This document shows, piece after piece, positions 1 to 15,010 of a stretch of 64,000 nucleotides of DNA. A program made the position numbers and the translations under genes. The notes beneath the pieces are model-generated. The model saw nothing but the letters and a program-made list of their open reading frames with translations. It was not told the origin of the DNA and ran no database searches. Source of the stretch: the human T2T-CHM13v2.0 reference genome, Homo sapiens; NCBI RefSeq assembly GCF_009914755.1, contig NC_060946.1; one strand, given 5' to 3'. Position 1 is the stretch's first letter, and each line of letters opens with the position of its first letter.

Positions 1-169
1 TGTGGGCATAGGGAGTGGAGGGAAAGGGGAACTGTCCTCGGAGGAGCTGGATGTATTTGTTCATTGCACCTGCATTCCCCACCTGCTCTGGTCAACTTGC
101 TGGTGACCTCGTTGGGCATGGGAGGTTGTTACTTCTTTCAGACGGTGGAAACTTTCTGCATTGAGTTGA

Positions 170-860
170 AGATCTTGGGTGACTGCATTTGAATGCAGCC
201 TACTTTTTACAAATTGTGTGATCTTGGGGATAATTTCTTCTCTATCCTGTTGTTTCCTTACCAGTAACTTGGGGATAGCCTTATCAGCAGGGAATAGGTT
301 CCATGACTCCCAGTGGATGACTGAAGATGGATAGTCTAGAACCTTATATTTACTATGTTTTTTCTTGTGTATACATATCCATGATAAAGTTTAAATTATA
401 AATTAAGCACAGTACTCTTGCACTTTATATCCATTATTAAGTAAAATAAGGGTTACGTAAGTACAAACAGTGTGATACCCTGGCAGTCAATCTGATAACT
501 GAGATGGCTATTAAGTGGCTAATTCAAGTAGTGTATACAACACAGATATGCTGTAAACTGAGATAATTCATGACTCAAGCAGGATGGCCTATGATTTCAT
601 TACACTACCAGAACAGCATGCAATTTAAAACTTAAGAATTGTTTATTTCTGGAATTTTCCATTTAATATTTTTGGAGTATGGTTGACCAGAGGTAACAAA
701 CCATGGAAAGTGAAACTGTGGATAAGGGAGGACTACTATAGTATCTTCCTCATAGGGTGGTTATAAAGATTAAATTAAGGTAGAGGTTGAACTGCAAAGT
801 ATTTGAAGCATGCTTAATATAATATGTATTGTATTTTCCTATGTGTTATTAATAACAATT
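170..860 (+). mobile_element. MIR SINE split by a MER44 insertion (pieces ~170-275 and ~741-860)
   Basis: 'tgtgtgatcttgggga...tttcctta' before and 'cctcatagggtggttataaagattaaat' after are collinear MIR core segments. Confidence 0.6.
276..738 (-). mobile_element. MER44 / Tigger7-derived DNA transposon
   Basis: Ends 'gtggataagggaggactacta' + TA; internal 'gtttatttctggaattttccatttaatatttt'; reverse-complement homologous to 9876-10353. Confidence 0.85.
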
Positions 861-1512
861 GCTATTCTAAGGGTGTCAAGCAGGGTTTTTCCTATTCTTC
901 TAGAATTTTGGCTAAGGTCCAAAACTGAGTAAAGAAGATAAGTATCACATATTGCAACTTAACAAAACTGCCATCAGTTGATATCAGCCCCCATATCAGA
1001 GGGCTAACTACAAGGCACCAGTTTAGACACTGTCCGTAGCTCTCACCCACTAGAGTCCTCAGACAGTCAATATTAGATGAGGGCTGCAAATGAGACAAGC
1101 TGCTCTGGGGAGAAAACTGCTTATGAAGAGAGGCTTTCTCCCATTGCTCATTACTTCACTTCTCCATTCAAACCAGAGGGACAAAGGAGAGTGTCGATAT
1201 ATCCATACTGACACCTCTGTCCTCTGCCCTGGGGTCTAGTACAACTCTCCTAGAAATTTTATAGTGCCGCTGGATCTGTAGAATGTTTACTAATGTTGGG
1301 ATTAAGAGAAAGAAACAGGAGAGAGATGGCAGAGCTGATTAAAATCAGCCTTATTCTCTCCTCCAACAAGGCAGTTCCATAGTCTACTATTTGGCATGGA
1401 TAAGATATATAAGTTTCGTATGGATTGAAAAGAAACCCCAGAAGCCAACTGGGCTTGAGCTGTTTTGCTAAATTCGTGCTCAGTAAGACTGAGGTCTAGA
1501 TGAAGGGAATCT

Positions 1513-1882
<370 letters not shown>

Positions 1883-2666
1883 CTATTGACAGAAAAAGAC
1901 CTGCCAACTCACTATGGTATATGCCTTCATGTAATGACACTTCTGTCTCCTTGTTTCTCCTGCTAGCTTAACACCAGAGGATACTCGGGGAAGAAGCAAG
2001 GTAAAATAGAGGATTTCTCCCCACCACCCCACTTGTAGCTTAGGCTGCTCTGAAACAGGGAAGAGCTTTGAATGAGACACAAAGTGTTAGACATTAAAAT
2101 GGTGAAAGAGTGGTGGGTTGGTGCCACTATGCCATTAAGAAACACACTATTAAGGGGAGAGGGGACTTCCTGTGATAACAGTTGGAATTTCTACTTTTGG
2201 CAAATATGAATTAGCTTGTTCAGATGAACCCTCCAAGAACAAGAAGAAAAACTGGACAAAAATAAGAAGGAACTGGAGAGCTATCAAGACAGCTAAGACT
2301 TGAGGGGTCAAGATTCCAGAGAGAAGTCAACCTGACTTTGGGTGCTACTTTTCCCTGTAACATTTGCTGATTCAAAAGAGGGACTTGAGAGGCTGAGCAA
2401 AAAGTGGTGGTTAGAAGTCTGCATAGACAGGCAAAGCTTCCACCCATCTCATGGACATAGAGGGGGAAAATAATTAGACTTTTAGGATTCATCAGGGAGA
2501 AACCACACTAGTAGTAGGCAGCCGTTCAGGATTTTTAATTTAAAAAAGAGACTACAGTTATTAAAAATGGACTTTAAAAATATTAACATGCTCAAAAATT
2601 TAGATGAATTGAAAATTTTCATCATAGAACTGGAAACCAGACAAATAAATTTTAATTAAGAATCGT

Positions 2667-2952
<286 letters not shown>

Positions 2953-3591
2953 TCCTGAAGGGCTGCCTTCTGCTAGAAAGAAAACTGGAAATAGACTAGC
3001 CTTTACAAAATCCTTTATAAAATAAGAACAGAGATGATCTCTCTTTACCCTTGTTGCCAATTACAAATAAAATAACATCCTCTCTTTAGAAAAAATATTT
3101 TTCAGAGCCCCCATTAAAAATAATGGAAAACAGCATTCGATAAAATATTACCAAGTGTACTAGAAGACAAAACAAGAGAAAAACCAATAATGAAAAGATA
3201 CGCACAGGAGATATAGATACTAAAGTTATTAAAAATGGACTTTAAGAATACTAACATGCTCAAAGATTTAGGCAAATTGGAAATTTTCATCATAGACCTG
3301 GGAACCAGAAAAATAACAAATTAAAATTTTAGAATACACAAATGCAGTAACTAAAGTTTAGAATTTGATTACTTGGTTTAACTGTAGATTAGATGGGAGC
3401 AAAGAAAGACTATAATGATGATCTATTTTAAAAAAATCCAGACGAGCATGAAGAGAAAAATTAATGGGGGTATGCAGAAAAAAATGCAAAATATACAATA
3501 CAGGAGTGAAAAAGGCTAACATGTATAAGGGAAATCACAGAATAGAGGTGAGAAAGAATAAAGCAGAAACAATATTTGAAGAGATATTAGC

Positions 3592-3887
3592 GGCCGGGCA
3601 TGGTGGCTCATGCCTGTAATCCCAGCACTTTGGGAGGCTGAGGCGGGTGGATCACGAGGTCAGGAGATCAAGACCGTCCTGGCTAACATGGTGAAACCCT
3701 GTCTGTACTAAAAATACAACAAAAATTAGCCGGGCATGGTGGCAGGCACCTGTAGTCCCAGCTACTCTGGAGGCTGAGGCAGGAGAATGGTGTGAAACCA
3801 GGAGGCAGAGCTTGTAGTGAGCCCAGATTGCATCACTGCACTCCAGCCTGGGCGACAGAGCAAGACTCTGTCTCAAAAAAAAAAAAA
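3592..3887 (+). mobile_element. AluY
   Basis: 'ctggctaac', 'gaatggtgtgaa', 'gagcttg' Y diagnostics; TSD agatattagc at 3582-3591 and 4200-4209. Confidence 0.95.
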
Positions 3888-4199
3888 TATATATAGATAT
3901 ATATAGATATAGATATATATACATAGATATCGATATATATACATATATAGATATATAGATATATACACATATAGATATATTGATATATACATATACATAT
4001 GTATATATGGATATGGATATACATATACATATACGGATATGGATATACATATATCCATATATAGATATATATACATATATCCATATATAGATAGATATAC
4101 ATATATCCATATATAGATAGATATACATATATAGATATATATACATATATAGATATATACATATATACATATATAGATATATATTATACATATATAGAT
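3888..4199. repeat. (TA)-rich compound microsatellite (TATATAGA/TATACA variants) in the Alu tail
   Basis: Direct reading; lies inside the Alu TSD pair. Confidence 0.95.
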
Positions 4200-6941
4200 A
4201 GATATTAGCTGAGAATTTCTCTAAACTGATGAATGACAAACTTAAGTCACAGATTATAGGTGTTTAACAGATCTCTAGATTAATAAATATAAAGAAAACA
4301 CATGTAGGTACATTATAGTAAGTTAGTTGAAAACCAAAGACAAATAGAAAACTTTTAAGGTAGCCAAAGAGACACATTACATTCAAAAGAGCATCAGTAA
4401 GAAAACTTGTGTCTCAATAGAAATGACAGAGTTCGGAAGACAAATTTCAAAGTGCTAAAATAACTGCCAACTTAAATTTCTGCTCAGAGCAAAAATTAAA
4501 GTGAAATAGACATTTTCAATTAAAGCTGAATTTATTACCATCTTACCCATGTTAAATGAAATACCAAATGTCTTCATGTAGGAGAAAATATTCTCAGAAT
4601 AGCACAGAATTAAAGAAGAAATGAAAAGCAACAGAAAAAGTAAATATGTATGTAAATGAAAAAATGAAGATTTAAACATATAAATCAATAAAATAAAAGA
4701 ATAATACTTAGGGCTTAAGCTCTATGTAGAATATGTGACAACAGTAATACAAAATGCAAGTGAGTTAAATAGATATAAAATACTTCTACCTTTGCACTGT
4801 CTGGGAAGTGGCTTAAAAATAATTTCTATTAGATTGTGATAAGCAAATGATAAATTTTTGATGTCTTTTGTAACCATTAAAAGACTAGCAAAAAAATACA
4901 ATTGGCAGGCTAGTAGGAGACATGATTTTTTTTTTTTAAATCCAAAGTCAAGAGATCAGAGAAAAAGAAAATAGAGGAAAAAAAGAACCAAATAGTAAGA
5001 TTTTAGTTATAATCTCAAATTTGGGTTTATATTTAATAGTTACATTAAATGTAAATGGATTAAATATTCCAATTAAAGACTAGGATTTTAAAATTGAATT
5101 AAGTGCCACAACTGCGTTTGAGATATTCCTTAAATAAAAGTATTTAGAGGAGTGGAAACAGTCTATCAAAGCTATATTAATATAAGAGAATGTTGAATTT
5201 ATAATAGAAAATTATTTGAGATAAATAGATATGATAAAAGGTTAATACACCTATAGGATACAACAATTGTGAATATGTATCAGACAGTGCAACATCAAAA
5301 TATACAAACAGAAATTCACAAATAAAATGTACCAAACATAATTGGAAGGATATACCATATTTATAAATTGGAAGACTATTTTTGAGATACCACTTCTCTT
5401 CAGTCTGATCTACAGGTTAATTATAATAATACTACTAGAATATTTTTGTGAAAATCAAAAAGTTGATTCTAAAATTTATATAATAATTGAAAAGACTGAG
5501 AATCACCCAGACAATCTTGATAAAACAGAATAAAATGGTAAGACTTCTATTAACAGATGCTATGGACTGAACTGTGTTCCCAAAATTCATATGTTGAAGC
5601 CCTAGCCCCTAGTGTGAGATAGGCCTACAAGGAGGTAACTAAAATTAAATGAGGTCATAAGGCTGGGGCCCTGATGCTGAGCATTAGTGTCCTTATAGGA
5701 AGAGATACCAGAGAGCTTGTCCTCCCCACCATGTGAGGACACAGCAAGAAGGTGGCCATCTACAAGCCAGGAAGAGAGCTCTGAATGGAAATTAAATCAG
5801 CTGGAATCTTTTGTTATTTAAGCTACCCAATCTATAATTTGTTATAGCAGCCCAAGCAGTCTAATACATATTTTGGTATTAAGAACTGTGGTGCTGCTGT
5901 AATAAATGCCTAAAAAATGTGAAAGTGGCTTTGGAACTCAGACGTACAGGCTGGAAGAGTTCTGAGATGCATACTATAAAAGTGTGGATGTTAAGGGAGG
6001 TACTGGTAAGGTCTCAGGTGGAAATAAGGAATTTGTTATTGTAAATGGAAAAAAATAATCCTTGTTATAATATGGCAAAGAACTTCACTGAAATGTGTTC
6101 TAGTGTTTTGCAGAAGGTGGAACTTTTGGGCAACAACATGGGATTCATTTCTGTAGGACTCAGTCTGAGGAGTTTCCTAAGCTAAGTGTTGAAGGAGAGG
6201 CTTGGTTTCTTCTGAATGCTTATAGTAAATTGTGAAAGAAGAAGGATGGATTAAATAAGAGATTGTTAAGCAAAACCAAGTCAGAACTTGAAGACTTGAA
6301 AAATTCTCAGAGTATCCATATTGAAAAAAAACAAAAACAAGAAACCTTGTTCTGAAGAGAACACTAAATATGAGACTAAACAACCATTTGATAAGGAGAT
6401 CATGAATATGACTTGTAGACCGAATCAGTCATCTCAATAGAAGTCAGGAATAGAGATGGGATGATACCAGCAGACACTGCCAGTTTGAACTAAAGCAGGC
6501 AGAGAAAGTGGAATATGGAGTGAAGGACAGCTGTTGGACTTCCTGGAATCTACAAGATTAAACCATAGAGGTATCTGACTGCAAACATACACTATTATTC
6601 AAGAAAAGAGAAAATCACTCTGAAAGAGATTCAGAGGGCTTCAGAGCTGCCACTCCCACACAGGCCCAGGAGACAAGGATGTTTTCTCCTCGGTTTTGGG
6701 AGGGGAGCCCTTGAAGAAACCCTTATGGATGGTGACTTCTGAGAGACAAATCTTGCCAAGACAAAGGGGCAGGGGGATTGCTGCGCCCAGCTAAAGGACA
6801 AGGGCTGCCCAGCAGAGCCAGGAGGGTGATGCTGCCATTCCAGTGAGTTTGGAAGGTGGGACATCAAGCTAACTGAGGATTATTCATGAGGCTTAATATC
6901 TAATGGAATTTGCCTTGCTAGGTTTTGGATTCGTTTGGGAC

Positions 6942-9211
6942 TGTATTAATCCATTTTCATATTGCTGATAAAGACATACCTGAGACTGAGCAATTTACAA
7001 AACAGGTTTAATTGGACTTACATGGCTGGGGATGCCTCACAATCATGGCAGAAAGAAAGGAAGAACAAGTCACGTCTTACATGGATGGCAGCAGACAAAG
7101 AGAGCTTTTGCAGGGGAACTCCTCCTTTTGAAATCATCAGATCTCATGAGACATATTCACTGTCATGAGAACAGCATGGGGAAGACTTGCCCTGTGATTC
7201 AATTACCTCCCACCAGGCTCTTCCCATGACACACACACAAATTCAAAATGAGATTTGGGTGGGGACACAGCCAACCCATATCATTCCACCCTTGGCCTCT
7301 CCCAAACCTCACATTTCAAAACTAATCATACCTTTCAAGCAGTCCCCCAAAGTCTTAACTCATTTCAGCATTAACTCAGAAGTCCACAGTCCAAACTCTC
7401 ATCTGAGACAAGGCAAGTCTCTTCCACCTATGAGCCTGTGAAATCAAAACCAGGTTAGTTACTTCCTAGATACAGTGGGGGTACAGGCATTGGGTAAATA
7501 CAGCCATTCCAAAAGGGAGGAATTGGCTAAAACAAAACAAAGGGGCTACAGGCCCTATGCAAGTCCAAAATCCAGTGAGGCAGTCTAATCTTAGAGCTCC
7601 AAAATGATCTCCTTTGACTCCATGTCTCACATCCAGGTCATGCTGATGCAAGAAGTGGGTTCCCATGATCTTGGGTAGCTCTGCCCCTGTGGCTTTGCAG
7701 GGTACAGACTTCCTCATAGTTGCTTTCAGTGGCTGGTGTAGAGTGTCTGCAGCTTTTCCAGGTGCATGATACAACCTGTTGGTGGATCCGCCGTTCTGGG
7801 GTCTGGAGGATGGTGGTGCTCTTCTCACAGCTGCACTAGGCATTGCCCCAGTAGGGGCTCTGTGTGGGGTCTCTGGCCCCACAATTCCCTTCTGCACTGC
7901 TCTAGCAGAGCTTCTTCATGAGGGCCCCGCCCCTGCAGCAAACTTCTGCCTGGACATCCAAGTGTTTCCATACATCTTCTGAAATCTAGGGAGAGGTTCC
8001 CAAACCTCAGTTCTTGACTTCTGTGCCCTCACAGGCTCGACACCACATGGAAGTTCCTATGGCTTGAGGCTTGCATCCTCTGAAGTCATGGCCTGAGCAC
8101 TACAGTGGCCCCTTTCAGCCACATGTGGAGCAGCTGGGATGCAGGGCAGCAAGTCCCTAGACTGCACACAGCAGTGGGACCCTGGACTGGGCCCACAAAA
8201 CCACTTTTTCCTCCTAGGCCTCTGGGCCTGTGATGGGAGGCGCTGCCATGAAGACCTCTGACATGCCCTGGAGACATTTTCCCCATTGTCTTGGGGATTA
8301 ACATTTGGCTCCTTGTTACTTATGCAGATTTCTACAACTGGCTTTAATTTCTACTCAGAAAATGGGATTTTTCTTTTTTATTGCATTGTCAGGCTGCAAA
8401 TTTCCCAAACTTTTATACTCTGCTTTCCTTATGAAACTGAATGCTTTTAACAGCACCCAAGTCACCTCTTGAATAGTTTGCTGCTTAGAAATTTCTTCCA
8501 CCAGATACCCTAAATCATCTCTCTTAAGTTTAAAGTTGCACAAATCTCTAGGGCAGGGGCAAAATGCTGCCAGTTTCTTTACTAAAACATAACAAGAGTC
8601 ACATTTGCTCCAGTTCCCAACAGGTTCCTCATCTCCATCTGAGACCACCTCAGCCTGGACCTTATTGTTCACATCACCATCAGCATTTTTGTCAAAGACA
8701 TTCAACAAGTCTCTAGGAAGTTCCAAACTTTCCCACATTTTCCTGTCATCTTCTGAGCCCTCCAAACTGTTCCAACCTCTTACTGTTACCGAGTCCCAAA
8801 GTCGCTTCCACATTTTCAGGTATCTTTTCAGCAATGCCCCACTCTGCTGGTACCAATGTACTGTATTAGTCCATTTTCATGCTGCTGATAGATATTCCAG
8901 AGACTGGGCAATTTACAAAAAGTGGTTTAATTGGATTTGGAATTCCAGGTAGCTGGGGAAGCCTCACAATCATGGCAGAAGGCAAAGAAGAGCAAGTCTG
9001 ATCGTACATGGATGGCAGCAGGCAAAGAGAGCAAGTTTTGCAGGGGAATTCCTCTTTTTAAAACCACCAGATCTCATGAGACTTATTCACTATCGAAAGA
9101 ACAGCAGTGGAAACACTTGCCCCATGATTCAATTAGATCCCACTGCATCCCTCCCACAACACACAGGAATTCAAGATGAGATTTGGGTGAGGTCACAGCC
9201 AAACCATATCA
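6942..9211 (-). mobile_element. Full THE1A MaLR provirus (LTRs 6942-7283 and 8862-9211; internal 7284-8861)
   Basis: LTR ends tgtatta...catatca; perfect TSD GGGAC at 6937-6941 and 9212-9216; MaLR ORF remnant 8355-8834 (GWNSLEGSEDDRKMWESLELPRDLLN). Confidence 0.93.
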
Positions 9212-9875
9212 GGGACCCATCGCCCCTTCCTTCTTTCCTATTTGTTTTTTTGGAATGGGTATGTCTATCTTAACACTTGTCCCACTATTGTACTTCAGAA
9301 GACATCACTTGTCTGGTTTCACAGTTTCAAAACTAAAGAATTTTGTCTCAGGTTTAACCATACCTTAAGTGTCATTAATATCTGATTTAGATGATATTTA
9401 GATGAGACTTTGGACTTCAGACTTCAGAGTTGATGCTGGAATGAGTTAAGATCTTTGTGGCAGATGGGATGGAAGGAATGTATTTTGCATGTGATGAAGA
9501 CATGAATTTGAGGGGTTTGGGGCAGAATATTATGGACTAAACTGTGTCTTCCCCCTAAATTTGTATGTTAAATCCCTAACTGCTAATGTGACTGTGCTTG
9601 AAAGTAGGGTCTGTAAGGAGGTAATTAAGGTTAATTGCAATCATAATTGGGGGGTGATACAGTAGGATTAGTATCTTTATAAGAAGAGACACCAGAAAGC
9701 TCGCTCTTTTTCTCTCTACCATGGGAGAATACAAGGAAAAGGCAGCCATCTACGAGGAATATACATATATATTCTTCACCAGAAACCAAATCAGGTGGCA
9801 GCTTGCTTTTGGACCTCCCAGACTTCAGAACTATGAGAGAATAAATTTTTGTTGTTTAAGCCACGCCCCATGGTA

Positions 9876-10353
9876 CAGTGGTCACCCCTTATTTCAGGTT
9901 TTGTGTTCCATGGTTTCAGTTATCCTTAGTCAACTGGGGTCTGAAAAGATTAAAAGAGAAAATCTAGAAATAAACAATTCATAAGTTTTAGACTATGTGC
10001 TGTTCTGAGCAGCATAATGAAATCTTGCACTGTCCCACTCTGTCCACCCTGGAATGTGGATCATCCCATTTGTCCCGTAGATCCATGCTGTACATGCTAC
10101 CTGAGTTAGTCACTTTGCAGCCAAATCCATTACCAGATTGACTGTCAGTATTGCGGTGCTTGAATTCAAGTAACCGTTATTTTACTCAATAGCCACAAAA
10201 CAGAGTATCATGCCTAATTTATAAATGTAACCCAATCCTAGGTATGTATGTATGGGAAAACATATAGTATATATACAGTTCTGTGGTGTCCAAGGTTTCA
10301 GGGTGTCCACTGGGGTTCTTGGAACATTTCCTGCTGATGAGGGGAAACTACTG
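9876..10353 (+). mobile_element. MER44 / Tigger7-derived DNA transposon inside the MLT1A 3' LTR
   Basis: TIRs cagtggtcacccctta...tgaggggaaactactg, flanked by TA at 9874-75 and 10354-55. Confidence 0.9.
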
Positions 10354-10930
10354 TATTTTGTTATTGTAACCCAACTGGATTAATACACCAGATATCAGAA
10401 TTCTTTGAAAACTGTTTTCTCCTTTTCCTCCAACGTAAGCTACAGGAGTGAGATGTTGGGAGGAGATGGTTTTGGGCAGTTGAGAGGGGTGGAGCTGGGG
10501 AGATTGAATTTTGGTAGGACAAAGTGAAAGAGGTAAAGCTCTAGGCAGTGATGTAACAGGAAGGGGAAGGATTAGGGAGTAGCAGGAGTTAGGGTTAGTG
10601 TTAGCCTCATGACTGGGAATTTTAAAGGGCCACTGTGTGGTATTGATAAAGCTGGCCTACAACATAGAAAAGGCTGTTTAATAATTGGTTCTGAGTCTAC
10701 TGAATTTCTAAATTTTAAAAAGTTAATGACATATGCCACACTGTTCACAAGAATCATTGATGAGATTTTAGATTTAAATGTGAAAGACAGGCAAAGACTT
10801 AGGACACAAAATACACCAATATTTTGCTAGACTGGATTATGTTAAATTGAGAAATTTATATTCATTGAAAGAATTACGTGGATGAAGATATTTGCTATAT
10901 GTATGTTGTATACATAAAAATTCAAATTCA

Positions 10931-11255
<325 letters not shown>

Positions 11256-12399
11256 GAATATATATGTTATATGTGTATATTCCTATCAGTCAATTAAAAA
11301 AAAAACCAATAGAAAAATAAGCGAATGCTTCTGTATGTCACTGTATTTCAATAAACCAACTTCAAAAGACCTCAAAAATTAAGACATTCAACTATTCCAA
11401 GAAGCATATGAAAATGTGCTTGGTCTCCTTATTCATTGGGAAAATGTAAATTAAATAAAATGAGATAAATAATATAATCCTACACAGCCACCAGCATGAC
11501 TTAAAGAGACTGACAATACTAAATTTTAGCATGGAATTGGAGAAATCGGCATTCTCAAACATTGCTGGTGGGAGTGTAAATTAGTACAACCAATTTGGTG
11601 AACTATTTAGCAATAACTCCTAAAACAGAATATATGCAGATATTATGACCTAGCGATGCTACCCCTAGATATATATCTTACAGAAAAGTATACATATGTG
11701 CACTAAATTAAATGTGGAGATGTTTTATAGCAGCATTATTTATAATAGCTCTAAACTGGAAACCTAAATGTCCAACAGAAGACTGATTTGATCTCTTACG
11801 GCATATGCATAAAAATAGAGTACTATTAAGCCATGAAAATGAGCAAAATACTGCTATTCACAATGTGAGTGGATATTAGGTAATGTTGAGTAAACAATGT
11901 TTGACACAAAATAATGCATACTGTATAACTCCATTATAGTAATCTTCATAAAATATAGAAATAGTTTCTGATGTTAGAAGTAAAAATAATAGTTAGCTTT
12001 GGAGAAGAGGAGGAAATAGTGCCCATGAGAGAGCTCAAAGGGAGCTCCTATTTTTCTGGTAATGCTCTATTTTTTGACCTGTGTCGTAATTACAAATGTT
12101 TTTCGCTTTGTGGAATTTATTTTAATTTGTGCATGCTTCTGTATATATGTATTTCCATAAAATTTCAGTAAAATATATATAACAGAGTTTGGGGAGAGGT
12201 CCTGAAAAAATACAATCATTTTTTATTTCCATCTCAATGAGTTGCAACTTCTCTATGAATGAGTGATAGTAGTAGCAGCAGCAGCAGCAAGAAGAAGACG
12301 ATTTGGGAAAACCTGAGCTTGGCACAGGGGTGGGCCAGATCAAGGAAGAATAAATTGAAAACTAATCATGAAGTTCAACGAACCCAAACATCAATCTGA

Positions 12400-12764
<365 letters not shown>

Positions 12765-13289
12765 TGAATGGAGCCTGTTTTAGAGTGGAGTGCCAGGTTG
12801 TGAATACTGGGAGATCTCCCACTACTGAGTAAGACTTTTTTTTTTTTCCTTTTGAAAAATAATGAAATTAGCCTTTTTATCTCTGCATACCAGGAAGTCT
12901 CAAAGGAACTTTAGAGTTGTTTTATGAAAACTACTGCTGACGACCTTCTTGGGCAAAGTAATTCTACGGAGAACCCACATAATTAAATGCACCTGTATCA
13001 TTTACAGATGCTGATACACATTAAATGACATAATTCCCCCCTCAAATATTACAGACGTGACATAGATGATGTCTATATCTGAGTCTATTGAAGTGGCACA
13101 TATAATCACACAATTTAGGGCTTTGGAAATTCTTTGTAATCCTACCTCCTACTTCGGAAATTGACTAGGGCCTTGTAAGGTCTTTGAACATTGAGGTGGA
13201 AAGAACCTTGGATTGGGATTTAGCTCATTTTAATCCTCAGTGCAGTCACATGGACTCTGGAGTCAGGTGGACAAGGGCATCATTATTCA

Positions 13290-15010
13290 TACTGGATTAT
13301 GTGCGACAGATGTAGGTAATCTGAGGCCAGCTGACTTGAGGAAGCTTTCATGGTTATGAAGCAGTAAAGTCAGAATTCAAAACCAGGGCTCTCTGACTCC
13401 AGAATCCAAATAACACGTTTGTTAACCTATTTCCTCTTCTACCTGGCATTTTTCAGAAAATTTGTAAAGAAGTTTCATGGAAACTTCATGGAAACCTACC
13501 TTGCCACACAAAGGTAGGACTCTACTCTTCAAGCTAAGCATAGCTAGCCCCTTACACCAGTTTTAAAGGAAGTAGTTTTCATTCCCTTGACAGTCTAGTT
13601 GCCTGACACCTGCCAAATCCTATTCCCCATTTCTCTTACTTCTCATGTAGGCAGAATAGCATAATCCCTGTCCACCATGACCTGGTCCCAATGTTCCAAA
13701 CACTTTGTATGTGAATCCCAGAATGTTAAATCCAAGGAAGACTTGGCCAGAAAGTATACACGTGAAGGTTGCATAAGAGAAATACTACCTGATGGAAATT
13801 GCTGTGAACTTGGAGTGGGAGGACTAGGCAGTCCTGCCAGCTCTTCTCTTCATCACTGTTAAACCATGGGAAAATCACTTGCCTCTCTAAGCCTGAGTTT
13901 CCACAAGTGAGAAAAATAGAAACTGAGTAAATATGTGCTTAAGCTCTGGAATCAGACGGACAAAGTGTATCATATATATATTTTTTCTCCTTTCTTCCAG
14001 CTTTAAAGCATAATTGACATATAAAAATTGGGTATATTCATGGTGTACAGTATGGTGTGTTAAGATATGTATACACTGAAATGACTTCCAGCCCCTATGT
14101 AACCATGCCATGCCATTTTCTTTCTCTGCATTGTGACTTCCTTCCACCATGGGCGATGGAATGAGCTAGATGATCTCTCACAGTCTTTGCGGTTCCAAGA
14201 TCTGTGAGTCTCTGTCTCCATGGGATGGTGGAAGGCATACTGGACTGAGAGCCCAGAACTGGGCTGAAGTCTGAGCTCTTTTCCTATTCCATCTATGACC
14301 TTGAACAATTCGCTTTCTTATGTAAGCTCCAGATCTCTTGTCTGTAGAAACAGAAAGGTAGCTATGGTATCGTGTGCTCCTAGTTCTAATATTCTGTGGT
14401 TTGAAGTCAGGTTCATCAAATTAACAGAAACTTCTGCAGCACTAAACCAGAAATCATGGACTCTGGTCCAGATGTTTAGTTAACCAGAAGTTAATACTGA
14501 TGATGATGCGAACTGTTCGTTGAAGGTTTATGGTATGCTAGCCTGTGTGCTAGAATACTTTACCTGCACTATCTAATGTAATCTTCAAAATTAATCTCAA
14601 AATAGTTTTTATTATTTTCCGTTTTATAAATGAAATAATGGATCCACAAGAAAGTTAAATGACTCACCCCAGGCCACAGAGTGAGAAAAAGGAGTAGAGA
14701 CCAGAACTCCGGGGCACCCACTGCCCTACCTGCCTTCTCTGATGCTTCATTGCAGCTTGAGCTGCGCTTTCATAGTATAATCATCCTAATGGATCGATGT
14801 GTATAGTACTTCAAAATTTATAAAGCATTTAATATCTTCATTTAATCAAGTGCCTTTAACATTGGTTTTATTGCCTTCATTTTGGAGCTGAAAAAGCTGC
14901 GGATTGGAAAAGTTAAGTAACTTTGCATAGATTGATAAATTGGTTAGTAGCAGAGACATTACTTAAACTGATGCTCCTGATTTAGAGTTCAGAGATTTCT
15001 CTGCAACATG
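13290..15010. mobile_element. Cluster of MIR/MIR3 fragments on both strands plus a short L1MA 3'-end fragment (~13990-14090, minus)
   Basis: MIR cores such as 'tctctaagcctgagtttcc' and 'ttttataaatgaa...gttaaatgactcaccc'; L1 tail 'ataattgacatataaaaattg'. Confidence 0.6.

Larger units (their letters stand above)
5558..10387 (+). mobile_element. Full MLT1A-family MaLR provirus (5' LTR 5558-5868, internal region, 3' LTR 9528-10387)
   Basis: Two homologous LTRs 't(g/a)(c/t)tatggact...taataca'; internal region starts 'tattttggtatt'; imperfect 5-bp TSD acaga/ccaga. Confidence 0.85.

Noticed and set aside
3652-4239. 195-aa minus ORF and overlapping Y/I-rich ORFs
   Set aside because: Translation of a TA microsatellite plus an antisense Alu
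7466-8834. 143- and 159-aa ORFs
   Set aside because: Broken remnants of the known MaLR internal ORF within THE1A, not host genes
12266-12300. TAG-CAG-AAG trinucleotide run
   Set aside because: Short and not in an exon or credible ORF
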